From Yuukianura sp. NJ FZ-2021 (taxonomy: Eukaryota): DNA of 64,000 nt. The DNA is taken from NCBI GenBank assembly GCA_046563655.1, contig CM102289.1:6634001-6698000 (forward strand), given 5' to 3'. The first letter of the stretch is position 1. Each line of letters begins with the position of its first letter. Below, piece after piece: positions 51,067 to 62,542 of this stretch. The position numbers and the translations under genes are program-made. The notes below the pieces were generated by a model that was not told where the DNA came from, made no database searches, and saw only the letters and a list, made by a program, of their open reading frames with translations.

Positions 51067-51550
51067 TTGCATTTACATTTTTACTTTACTTCACGACTTT
51101 TTTTGTAAACTCAAATGTAAATCAAGGGCAATTTACTATGTAAAACCATCGACAGACAAGTTGTGTCTAAAATTTCAAAATTTTTGAAAAATTATAGCAA
51201 ACATGAAGAAAAAACTTTCTGCTGGAGGTTTGACAAAGTCAAATTCAATGCAGTTGAATGTTGAACTCCGTGATTCCATCACTCCCAGTGTTCATCATCA
51301 ACTCAAATTCAGTTCATTACTTTCATGAGGCTTGACCGTTGACCCCAACAAGAAGAAATTGTCTAAGCATTTGGGAAATACTAGTCCCAATATTTGTAGA
51401 AGAAAACTTTTAGTTCCTAATATCTTTGTATTCAAGCTTTGGTTCACCGAGGACGTATTTTGCAAGGTGAGTAGCTTAATTAATTTAACACTAATTTTAA
51501 CTAATTAAAAAAGGCTTGAAACCAAAATTTTCCTAGGAAAAAAATCAAAA

Positions 51551-52779
51551 ATGTCGAACAATCTACTGGCAGCAGCTTTGTCATCAATTTCCAGTACTCA
51601 TATTACTGCTGGAGGCGGCCCATCACCATACGCTTCTCATCTGAATGTTCCTCCGAAACGAGTCAACTTCGTCAAAACACCGCCGAAGTCTTCATTGCAA
51701 GTATCTGCCCCCGACGGCTTCAGAACCACGCCCAATGCAACGCTCAAAGCCCGATGTGCTGCTGCGCCCAAAACAACTCCAAAGTCAACGCTTAAGCCTC
51801 CTGGCAGCCCAGTGGCCAAAATTACTCCTAGAACCAAGTACGGGTCAAAGGTGGACCTCAGTTCGCTTCACTCGAGTCAGCTCATCAGCGGCCCAGTTCA
51901 CGTTCAAACTGGTGCCAAGAAGTCAGCAGTCGTCAAGGACGTACTGTACATTGAAACGTTGACTGGGAAGAGGATTGAACTGGTCTTTAGAGAAAATTCA
52001 ACTGCGATGATTTGTGGCATCAAGAAAATGATTTACGACAAAGAAGGAATTGCCGTTGACATTCAAATTCTTAAATTCGGCGGTCAAGTTTTGGATGACA
52101 ACAAATTTGCTGCAAGTTACAACATTCGGCGCGAAAGTACACTGCACCTCACTCTGCGTACGGTAGATGGCACTTTCATTTTAGCACTTACGCCAGATCT
52201 CCGCAGTCCATCTTATGACTTTGACTTTACAACGGCCTCGGACATCATGAAATACTGTCGTGGAGATCATCCATACGTTCGACCTTGTGGCTGGAAGCGA
52301 TTTGCTCTAAACGTTTTGGATCGGTACGAAAACAACAAGTGGCTTGGCGTCGGGCGTTTGAAGGACAGCGACTCCATGGCAGGAGAATGGGCCGGTAAGA
52401 ACAACTTTTTACCGGTTTGACCGGAATATCTTTGGTAACACCGTACAGAAAGTAAGACTCTTGTTTTGTAGTTTCGTATCACGGAACCGGTCGAAACAAC
52501 TTGAGATCGATTGCCGAAGATGGATTTCTGCTGAGCAAAGGAAAGCGGTTCATGTTCGGCCATGGAATTTACACAACTCCAGAAGTTAAAGTGGCTGAAC
52601 TTTACGCATCGGAGTTTACAGTAGATGGCGTTACGTACAAGGCAGTTGTTCAAAATCGTGTAAATCCCGCCAATTTGAAAATTGTAACTAAAGCAGAAAC
52701 TGGTGGAATTGGGGAATACTGGATCACTGAAAAGGAACAAGATGTTCGTCCGTATGGAATTTGTATCAAACGAAAATAG
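51551..52779 (+). CDS. Ubiquitin-like domain plus ADP-ribosyltransferase (PARP-like, NEURL4/Gig2-related) fusion (exons 51551-52394, 52472-52779)
   Basis: Ubl LYIETLTGK...KEGIAVDIQILKFGGQVLDD...YNIRRESTLHL; ART region PCGWKRFAL, SYHGT, GIYTTP, AELYA, QNRVNP, GEYW, VRPYGICI. Confidence 0.8.
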
Positions 52780-53659
52780 TTTTAGAAAACGAGAAATTGG
52801 ATAACTTTACTTTTAGAATTTCAAGTTTAGGTCATTCTGTAGTTAGCATTGCTGTATCAGTATCTTGTCAATCAAAAAAACCTTTTCTCCAGTTTCCTTT
52901 TAACTTTTATTCATTCCCAAGGATTTTAGCATTTTAAATTTTGAATAGTATCTTATTTTCCAATGGCCTCAGTAGGATGTCGGTGTCATTGGCATGAGGC
53001 GAAAAGTGGACATGATTGAAGTAAAAAGAGAAAACACATACTATTAAGTGGATACACCAAATGGTGCAAAAAAATGTCTTAAAGTTGCAATTTTTTGCAA
53101 AAACAAAACAGGTTCCACTGCGATTTTGATAATAAAGTCGAATTATTTGCCACAATGGTATAATACTACATAAGTGTATGCATTTTTTCTTAAAAATTGA
53201 AAAATGGGTGCGGCTGAGATAATAATTTTGTATTAAAAATTACAATTCAAAGTTGGTTTGTTAAAAAGTTGTGTTGTGTGGTATGCCTTGTCTCTTCTGT
53301 CTCCTTGATTTCGTACACAAAAAATTTTAGTTTGTTCGAGAAGGGAGATCGGGAATACCTGATTCTGAGACAAAATACTCTGACTCTGACTCTGAGCTCA
53401 GCTCAGAATCAGAAGTGAGAGTAAATGGATAAAATTTTCATTCCCTTCTCTATTTCTGATTCTACGCTGAGAATTGAGTCTCAACTTGGGAAATGTGAGA
53501 CTTTTGGGTGGAGGGAAAACTTTAAGTTTAAAAGTTAAAAAATAGAATCATATAAACACCCTCTCTGGATTAAATAGTTTTGTCATTTGTTGCTGTGTTC
53601 TTACAATTTAGCATCAATTTAAACATCAATTTAACTTTAAAAATCGGTTATAACCCGAA

Positions 53660-54409
53660 ATGGATTCGCAAATTACAATTTGCAACATCTGCTTGGAAAA
53701 TCTGGCCTCATCTCCGGGAATTAGCGGATTCGTGGGCGCCCACGTGACTACGCAGTGCGGTCATATGTACCACGAGCAGTGCTTGAGCAATTGGCAGCAA
53801 ATTGCCCCACCAGGCGCATTTCCGTAAGTTTCCCAATATGTTTTTACTTATACATTGATAATTTTAATTAGTTTTACACTTTAGTATTTATTTTCATTTA
53901 AACAATTTTCTAATCTCCGGTTGTGTCGTTGCTCATTTCAAGTGTCCATCATGCAGAGATCCTGTGAATCCTACTCAGGTTATCCAAATCTATCCAGCAT
54001 TCCAGGACACAGATGACGAGCTGATGCGACAGAAGGAAACGGATGATCTGAAACAAAAGGTGGAGGAACTCCAATTACAGTTGGACGAACAACTTACCGA
54101 AAATCAGAAGTTGCTGAGAACAGCAGATGAACCCGGTGCCGGGGGAAGCAGGCTCCACATGCTTCGGAAATTCAATGATGCCACTTGCTATCACTGTGAA
54201 TCTAACTCTCACACTACTCGCAATTGCGGAATGCAGTGTCACGTGATGGGTATATGTATTTAACTTAAAAATTTAAATCATTTTGATGAACTTAAGAAAT
54301 ATTTTTAATCGTAAGCCTAGTCTTGTCTGTTTCAATATGACTTTTTTTAGATACCGGGGAAAAACAACATACGAAATGTACGAAGGGGCTGGTTACTACA
54401 ATGCCGTGA
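53660..54409 (+). CDS. RING-H2 + coiled-coil + CCHC zinc-knuckle protein (3 exons; 3' end uncertain)
   Basis: CNICLE...TQCGHMYHEQCL..W...|KCPSCR; heptads LKQKVEELQLQLDEQL; knuckle CYHCESNSHTTRNC. A second knuckle CWNCGRHNHHRANC lies in the same frame beyond TGA TGA. Confidence 0.7.
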
Positions 54410-54805
54410 TGAAGATGCCGGGGCGCCCCGCGTCAAGTTTTTGAAGACAAACTCCATGTATCATTGGATCGTGACGAAGTACAATTGGCGTTTTCTTTCT
54501 ACTTTTTTGACGACGGATGCTGGAACTGCGGACGGCATAACCACCACCGTGCCAATTGTAGCCGTCCAAGCAATCCTGCTCTCCACAGACTTGCCAAAAG
54601 GATTCAGGACTTGAACCATCCCCCCAGTGCTGAGGAGATGCAAAAGCGCCTGGAACGGAAGCCTCGCTTTCAGCCGCAGGGGCGCCCCTGAACAAATCAC
54701 CTGTTTTTGAGCAAATCGTCATATTTGTTTGCGTTCAATTCATTCGTTTTTTTCTCCATAAAATCTTTAATAATATACCATTTATGTTATATTTAGAAAT
54801 ATACC

Positions 54806-54864
54806 ATTTGTGGTATATTTGCAATATATACCATTTTGGTATATATTGCAAATATACCACAAAT
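54806..54864. repeat. Perfect inverted repeat, 28-bp arms and 3-nt loop
   Basis: atttgtggtatatttgcaatatatacca-ttt-tggtatatattgcaaatataccacaaat. Confidence 0.9.
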
Positions 54865-56728
54865 ATAATTCATCCGTTTTTTTCTCATGAAATCTATTTA
54901 CTTACCTATAACTCACTTGTGTTTTTTCATAAAATATGGCGCCTCGTATGTGTCAAAATTGAATTTTGGAGCTGTGTTATCCCTTTTCGCTTCTAATTGT
55001 TCAATCGCAAGCAGAAAAAATATGTCCTTTTTTGTGAGTAAAGCTAATTCCAGTAATTCTCGCGTAGAAACTGACATAGTTAAATATTATAATGACAATT
55101 AATGCCCAAGCGCCTAAAATTTATGGTTTTGATCAATCTGAGGGGCCCTTTGCCCTTGCTAAATTTTCACCTCAATTTCAAATTCCACAGGATAGGTTTC
55201 CCGCCACAATTCCAGATGATCTCAAAATCTCAGAATCAAAGTAAAGTCAAATCCCGAACTCTACTGCTCAGAATCATGTACTGTGAGAAAATACTGTGTC
55301 AGAATCAGAGTCAGAGTCAGAATCAGATATTCCCGATCTCCCTAATGTTCGAGAATGTGATCAAGTGACGATGAATCACCAGTCATCAACCCTAGATCTC
55401 CCATCCCCCAAAACAACAACCAAAATATTGCATTATGTTTTGAGCATCTTGTGGCACACTTTCTTATGTAATATGTAATTTGAGAGCCGGCCCCTTAAAC
55501 TCGCCCGTATCCCTCTCCTTCCCTCTGACCTCGATCGAAAACGAAAATTGTCGTTTTCAACTCTATTAAAACAATTAACAGAGTGGTTTTTGGACTTTAG
55601 TCGCGTCCTGGACATGAACCTAGTCAAAAATAGTTAGTTTCAATAAGTCAGTCCCTGGAATTTGGAGAACAATGGACACAGATAGCATCCTAGTTCTACC
55701 ATTTTTAGGTTATCCATACCCTGAGTTCCATTTTATTATTGTCCCCAAGTTTCTAAACTGCTGCTAAATTCTTAAATTGTTGCATTTCCAGTTGTGTTTT
55801 GGCAATTTGATAGCCTAAGTTCATTCCCCTTCTTAACAGTAGCACGGGATTTCAATTTGCAAAACTTTCAGGTTTTAATTTCTGTTTGTATGGCTCACTT
55901 GTATGGCGAAATCTGCCAACAATTTGGCTACAAAGCACTTTATTAGTTGTATTTTTTACAGCTTTATTTTAAAAGTTCCTGAAAGTTTCAAACAATGGAA
56001 CATAAATTAAATATCAAAAGTGCCAATGTTTGTAGATTTTAACGTAAGATCATAAAATACATCCCTGAAACTTTTGCTGACGTTTGCTTATAATCAGATA
56101 AGTGCTGATATGAAGATTCTCAAATGGAATCTTCATAATAGTTAAGGAAGGAGGCAGATTAACAGGAACCAGTTTTATGTGGAAGATCAGTTCAGTTTTT
56201 TTAGGGTTCAGGAACAATTGGAAACAAATCAGAGCGTCACCGAAGATTTGAAACTCCCGGTAAAGGTTTATGGTCAAGAGCGCGTAAACTACAAAAAAAT
56301 TGAGTTACCTTGGCTACACTCATCCTCGTTGGTCATTCATTGGCATTGTTTGTTGTTTTTGTCCGTCTATCTCCTTGCTTTTCTCCTTCTCCAGCATGCA
56401 GCGCAGCAGTCTTCCCTCAGTCCTTCGTCGGTTGTTTTTGGTGGAGACAAGTCATGTCAGTTTGTCCAATTTCAGGTCAAAGGGTCAACGGCTTTGAACA
56501 ATAACCAGTGACTCATCGTCACCTTATAACCAAAGGTAAGTTAGTTTGTTGGGTTAACGACTTCACGGAAAATACAATAAATCGGGTTCCGGGTTTCTCC
56601 GTATTGTTTTAGTACCTTAATGCTTTCTTTGATTGGAAATTTAGGTCGACTGACGTGGCAAATGGCTGCTTAAAATAAATAGATAAGACGACTACGAACG
56701 CAAATTCTGTTTTAAAGTCAATTCAATA

Positions 56729-59700
56729 ATGTCAGGACCACCGAGTACCGTGCCTGTCATTGGCTTCTTAGATGTAGATGGCTATGAATGCCAGTTGTAC
56801 CAGAGAGACCAACCGTGGACAAGATACAAACCATGTGTAGTGGCCACTTCTTCTGGAAGGTAAAATGCACATTTATAAGAATGTAGATTGGTAATGTTAG
56901 CTCGTGTAAATTAATTTTAATTTGTTTTCCAGGATTGTCTCAGTCACTCCAGAGGCAAAGAACCTGGGAATCAGCCGAGGCACTACCCCGAATTTAAGGG
57001 ACATTCCCCGAGACGTTTTTCCTTATTTAGAAGTGTTTCGTAAGCCCAATCTATTTGGGAAACCGGACACAAAGAAGACACGGCACGGTACTTGGGAACT
57101 ACTTGACGCTGTCAAAAAATTTTGTAAACGGGTTGCTGGGAATGATATCATCATTGAACTTGCATCATCCGATGAAATCTATTTGGAGCTGACCACGGCT
57201 GTAACGCAAGGCATTCTGAAGAGGAATTCGAATACAGAAAGACGTCGTTTTATTGAACTAGACGCTTTTACTGTCATGGAAGGCCTTACAAGCGGTCATG
57301 GTCCATTCCTGTACGACTTGAATCATAGGGTAGGTGTGAAAAGTGAAAGTAACCATGTGTAGGTCCCAACCTTTCTCTTGTGAATGAATATAACCGGCTG
57401 ATTTTAGGTAAAGGAAGTTTATAATATTTTACCGTATTTTATTTTACAGCAATCCCAAGCCTATGTACAACATGCCGCTCGTGATGAAGATCGGTTGGTA
57501 TTTGGAGCCTTGTTTATGAGAGAGCTGGCACTTGAGCTTCAACGTGCCATTGGCTTCAGTACTTCTAGTGGTGTAGCCAGCAATCGCTTCGCTGCTAAAT
57601 TAGCTTGTGGATTAAACAAGCCAGGGAAGACAACCGTCCTTAATCAACTTGGTCTTCGCCGCGTGGCTAAGAATATAAATGTATGCAGCGTTCCCGGACT
57701 CGGCGGAAAGCTTGGAAACCAGCTGATTGAGGAGCTTCATGTCAAAACCTTGGCGGATTTACGCAAGTTTTCACTAGCTCAATTGGAAAAAGCATTGCAG
57801 GACGCAGCAGAAAAGGCTTTGGAAAAAGATTCTAATTCTGACACGAGTGATAACGAATGCGATCACGAACAAGAATCAATGATTGCAGCTAACGCTTCGT
57901 TAGTATTCAGTTTGGCCCGTGGAAAGGACGGTAATCCTGTCATCGAAAAACACATGAAAAGTGTTATAAAATGCAATAAACCTGGTCGACCTGGTAATTC
58001 AAACTTTAACAATATCGTACACTGCAATTCAGACGCTTACGAATTTGCTTAATCTCTTTCAGTTGTATCAACCCTGCCCCTGTTGATCAGGACGGTCAAT
58101 AACCTCTGCGACGAATGCTCATGTATGTTAAAGGAAGAGAGGGCTCGGCACAAACGGATCATTACGTCAATCAAAGTGGAATTTTCCTTCGACGACGATC
58201 CTCAGCAGAGCGTCGTATTTGGCGTATCTAAGTACGACGATCTGGATGACAAGTTGCCATGTCAAATTCTTCAGCACATAATGGATGTCGGTGGCCTCCA
58301 TGAGAAGGGGACGAAATTTGTGGTGGAAACATTGGGAGTCGTCATGAAGGATTTCATTCCGTATATCGAGTAAGCGTTAACGTTAAGTGCTAGATACATT
58401 GTCCACAGTTTTAGTAACTTCTAAAATTCTGGTTTCGTTTGAAATAGGACTCTCCTGTCTGAGGAAGATTTACACCGGAAGTTGGCTATATACACTTTAA
58501 ATCAGGGGCGTTACCTAGAATTGCGCGTCCATGCAAACCCTACGAATCTACCGGCCCCGAAATTCAGTCACAAAAGCATTTCATGTTTTGGAACCACAGC
58601 AAACCAAGCTTACTACTGGAACAATACTCCAAATTTTCGCAAGATCATCTCCAAAGACAAATATGAATTCCTTATTGGATCTGACTTGGGAATGGACTAC
58701 CCTAAGGCTAAACTTGTTTCGGATCATCAGGGGTTCTATGAACTCAAGCATAGACAATTCCAATGTTGGCTGAATGATTTTCAGTTTATTGACAAGGTCA
58801 ACAAAGGAGAAATTGCCAAGCCGGACTTTATTTGCTTTAACGGCAGGTTGACCGATTCAATGCTTACGCCCAGGCTTCGGCAATTCGGAGATTGGGAACT
58901 TTACGCCATCAACGTGGCTGGAATCATTTTCTTGTGGGATGAAAAACAACCGAAACCCGAACTCAGCCTAGAACAATTCTTTGGAATTGGATTCGAATCG
59001 CTTCTTCGTGTTCCGAAGGCTACATCAGCTACTCCGTCTCCAGCTAACGAAGCTGAGCATGTGAGTATTCCATTTTTGTATTCTTTCTCGAATCACATTT
59101 GACCTAGTTTTTGGTGATTTTAAAAATTTTGTATTCTTTCATAGACTTATGGAATTACTTCTACTACTTTTGGAGAGCATAAACTCCTCATCGCCAGTGA
59201 AATTGATGGAATGGATGAAAATGGTAACTTAGTGGAGTTGCGTACGCGTAATGAACGTCTTGGAGCTGCTAGAGCGGCTAAGCTCTTGAAATTGTGGACG
59301 ACCAACATAATCGCCGGGGTGGGCAATTCAGTAATTGGTACGAGAAACGAATCAGGAATTTTGCTTGACATTGAAGAGAAAGCCACAGAGGACCTTGAAA
59401 ATGAACTAGGACCACTTGCTACGAATGATTGTCTTCACTTTCAAAATCGACTTCTGTCGTGGATAAAATCCCATTTGCCAGTAAGTTTAAGAAAATCCAT
59501 TTCAAAGTACTCCTGAAATAATTTGACGTTAAATTAATTTTTTAATTTTTTAGTTTGGAAATCGTGATGTTGTGATGAAGTATACTTGGGTTTGCGGAAA
59601 ATTTAAAGTCCACGGTGAACAAATTCAGAAAAATCAAGTTCCGAGTCTCGTGATCCCACGTCTCTACGCTAACTATTTGGACCACTTGGAAAAACACCTC

Positions 59701-59751
59701 GGAGTTTCTGTCGCTGATTCTGAGCAGGCAGTAATGCCATTGGCAGCATGA
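56729..59751 (+). CDS. Predicted 841-aa fusion of a divergent Y-family (Pol eta-like) DNA polymerase and a DXO/Rai1 nuclease domain (exons 56729-56859, 56933-57329, 57450-57993, 58063-58369, 58448-59060, 59145-59480, 59554-59751)
   Basis: Polymerase motifs FLDVDG, ASSDEIYL, GVASNRFAAKLACGLNKP, VPGLGGKLG. DXO motifs DFICFNGRLT, FGIGFE, LLIASEIDG, LVELRT, KLLKLW...AGV..VIGTRNESG. All six introns are GT-AG and frame-preserving. Confidence 0.8.
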
Positions 59752-60307
59752 ATATTAATTAGTACTGTTCTAACTCTATAACGTTTTGAGCGGAGAGTGG
59801 AGAAAGCTCTTACATCGGCACTTTTCTCACATAGCATGGGGATGATTACTTATAGCTTACTATTTTACGCAGCGTGGTGCATCAATGATTTCTTTTGTGA
59901 ACTTTTTCATATGGATTTAAATTAGCTTGAAATCCACTCTTTGCCAAATTATAAAGAGTTTGAAGAGTAGTTGAAGCCGCAACTTGATAGAAGTGCAGAA
60001 TAATTATGTTAATTCCAAACCTATTTTTTCCAGTTAATTTTCATCAATGCAGTTAGTAACATAATAATTGCCGGTTTAGCAATAATTGCCAAAAATTATG
60101 TTTGAAAGCTTTAGTTTTTTTTTATATAATTTCCAAAGTTCTTGTTTCCAAAGATTTAGTGTGAGTAAATTCGGCAGAATTGGCTATAAGATTTTTATCA
60201 TGAATTTTTGAACTTAGTTTTTGAAAATTTAATGGTTTTTAGTCTCAGATTTTTTTCTCTCTATAGTTCTAAGAATTTACTTCTGTTCAATGGTTTGCAG
60301 AGTTTTT

Positions 60308-61797
60308 TTAAATTGTGACAATAGTTTCATTTGGTTTGAGTCCAACCAACTTGACACTCTTTTCCCAAAGAATCTTAGCGTTTTCTGCGTTCCGTGCCAA
60401 TTTACTTGGTGTGCATTTCTATAAAAGAAAAGTTATAAGTAAAACTATAAAAGGCAAAATAATATAATAATAAGAATTCGGTTTAGTTATAAATAATGAA
60501 TCAAACTTGTACTTTGCAATCGGAAAAGTGAGCACCACTAACACCTTCTACTTCTTCTGAAACAGCGACATGAATCGACGTCTGTGCACCTTCGTAAGCA
60601 TTCTGAAAGTTGAAAAGAAATAATGTTGATATAAATAAGCTTACTGTGTTTTGGAAAAAACACAGATCTAGGTAATGCAAGGACTCACCTTAAAGAAAAA
60701 TGTAAGAATGGGCGTGATGATCTGCATGTACCAAACTTCAGTGGTGACTTGATTCATAAATGCAGTTCGGACGGCTCCTGGATGCAAAGAATTGGCCGTA
60801 ATTTCTTTGATTCCAGCATCTTTCAAACGACGAGTGAGCTCCACACTGAAGTAAATATTGGCCAATTTAGAAAGGCCATACACTGCGAAACCGGAGAAAG
60901 TTTTCTCGGAGTTGAGATTTTCCGAATCAAACGTCTTGGCAAATCTATGAGCATTGGAGGATACGTTGACGATTCGAGCATTTCCGGTTTTTCGCATCAA
61001 ATCTGGAAGTAGGTAACAAAAAACGATTTTAGTAAATTAGGCATTGTAATTTTGAATTTTAAATATTTTTTTTTTGCATTTACCCAGAAGTAAATTTGTC
61101 AGAAGGAATGGTGCAAAATGATTTGTTTCCATGCAAAGTTCCATTCCATCTTTTGTCATTTCTTTTTTAGTAACTGACAAACCGGCATTGTTAACCAAAA
61201 TGTCTAATCGACTCTCTTCGGCTATAATTTCCTTGCAGAATTTCCGAACAGAAGCCAACGAAGTCAAATCCAGTTGTTTTAGTACAACATTGTCATTTCC
61301 CGAATCTTGTTTGACCTCATCTGGAAAAAATTCAAGTGAGGTCAATAACGTTATTCATTGACTTAATTGATTAATTTAGCTTGGAAATATTTCTTAAACA
61401 ATTTTTTTACCCAGTGCAACTTTTCCTCTTTCCAAATTTCGACATGCTAAAATAATCCGAGCCCCGCGTTTGGCCAGGTCCCTGGCAGTTTCTAGTCCAA
61501 TTCCTGTAGATAAAAAAATTTAGTGTGTTTTTTTTAATCGATTTTACTTTCTCCTAAAAAATTCATTTTTTTACCAATGTTGCCTCCAGTTACGATGGCA
61601 GTTTTTCCATCAAGCCTCTTGTACGATGTGCAAACTCCTGCAGTTAATTTGGCATAGGTTTTAACAGCAACTGGAACCAATATAAAAATGGTGGCGAGAA
61701 AAGGCAAGTAGTATGCGAGCAATGCCACCGTCGCTGCGTAAAACACTACTTCAGCTAACCACTGATACGGTTCGCTATTGATTCCTGCTTTAACCAT
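60308..61797 (-). CDS. Retinol dehydrogenase 11-14-like short-chain dehydrogenase, copy 1
   Basis: N-terminal TM; TGGNIGIG, LDLTSLASVRKF, LVNNAG, catalytic YGLSK, SLHPGAV, GAQTSIH, LWEKS. Confidence 0.92.
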
Positions 61798-62542
61798 TTT
61801 TGCGAAGAATTTCAGCACAAAATTCGGATTTGTAAATTATAGTTCACCGCAGACGAAAATTTGTCTCGGTTTCAAAAAGTCACTGATGCATACCTATCGA
61901 CTAGGTTTTCCTTTTGTAGAACTTGACGCAATGGGAAAATGACATTGCAAAAAATTTCGCAACCTTATCAGTTATCACCTACAAAGTCACGCAACCTTGA
62001 CGGAAAAACAAAAAACAGATATTTTAATGGATTTTTTTGAAAGTTATTACAGGTAAACTATGCGAATGTTCCTGTAGTACAGAGTTTGGTACAAGTAACG
62101 TGACTAGTGAAGTGTCAAAAGCTATTTGAGCTGGACTTTTTTCGTTACCAATTGACCTTCAAAACCTAGAAAACAAAAAATAGTAACTCAAATAATGGAC
62201 TTTTACTTTTCTGGACAAAGTTCAACTAGTCCTATGATTTTGGTTTAACTGTCCAACTAATCGTAATTAAACTGTGCTTAACCTACATTGGTATTGTACT
62301 GTACACAGTTTATGTCATTTTTCTGCATTGCAGTTGCGGTTTTAGTTTTGGAAAAAAAAATGCTTGAAACGATTTGCAACATTACTCAATTGGGTTTCAC
62401 TTATTTTGTCACTTGATTAAGTATTGGCCAGTTAAATTGTGAAATTCTGTAACAATGCTTGGAGAAAGTATGTTTTGTGTAAATTTTTCCACTTCAAATA
62501 CATTTTTCCGTGAGCAATTTTGCTTTGAAGATTCAACAATTT

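Larger units (their letters stand above)
53341..55345. mobile_element. Non-autonomous TIR DNA element of about 2 kb carrying a gene
   Basis: Left end AGGGAGATCGGGAATAcCTGATTCTGA and right end TCAGAATCAGaTATTCCCGATCTCCCT are inverted repeats with subterminal CTCTGA arrays. Direct repeat TGTTCGAGA at 53333-53341 and 55346-55354. Confidence 0.7.

Noticed and set aside
54400..54415. TGA TGA as selenocysteine codons
   Set aside because: No SECIS-like element recognised, and the positions do not match expected Cys ligands.
55480..59900. Mobile-element boundaries around the PolY-DXO gene
   Set aside because: No terminal repeats, TSD or clear Helitron end found by eye.
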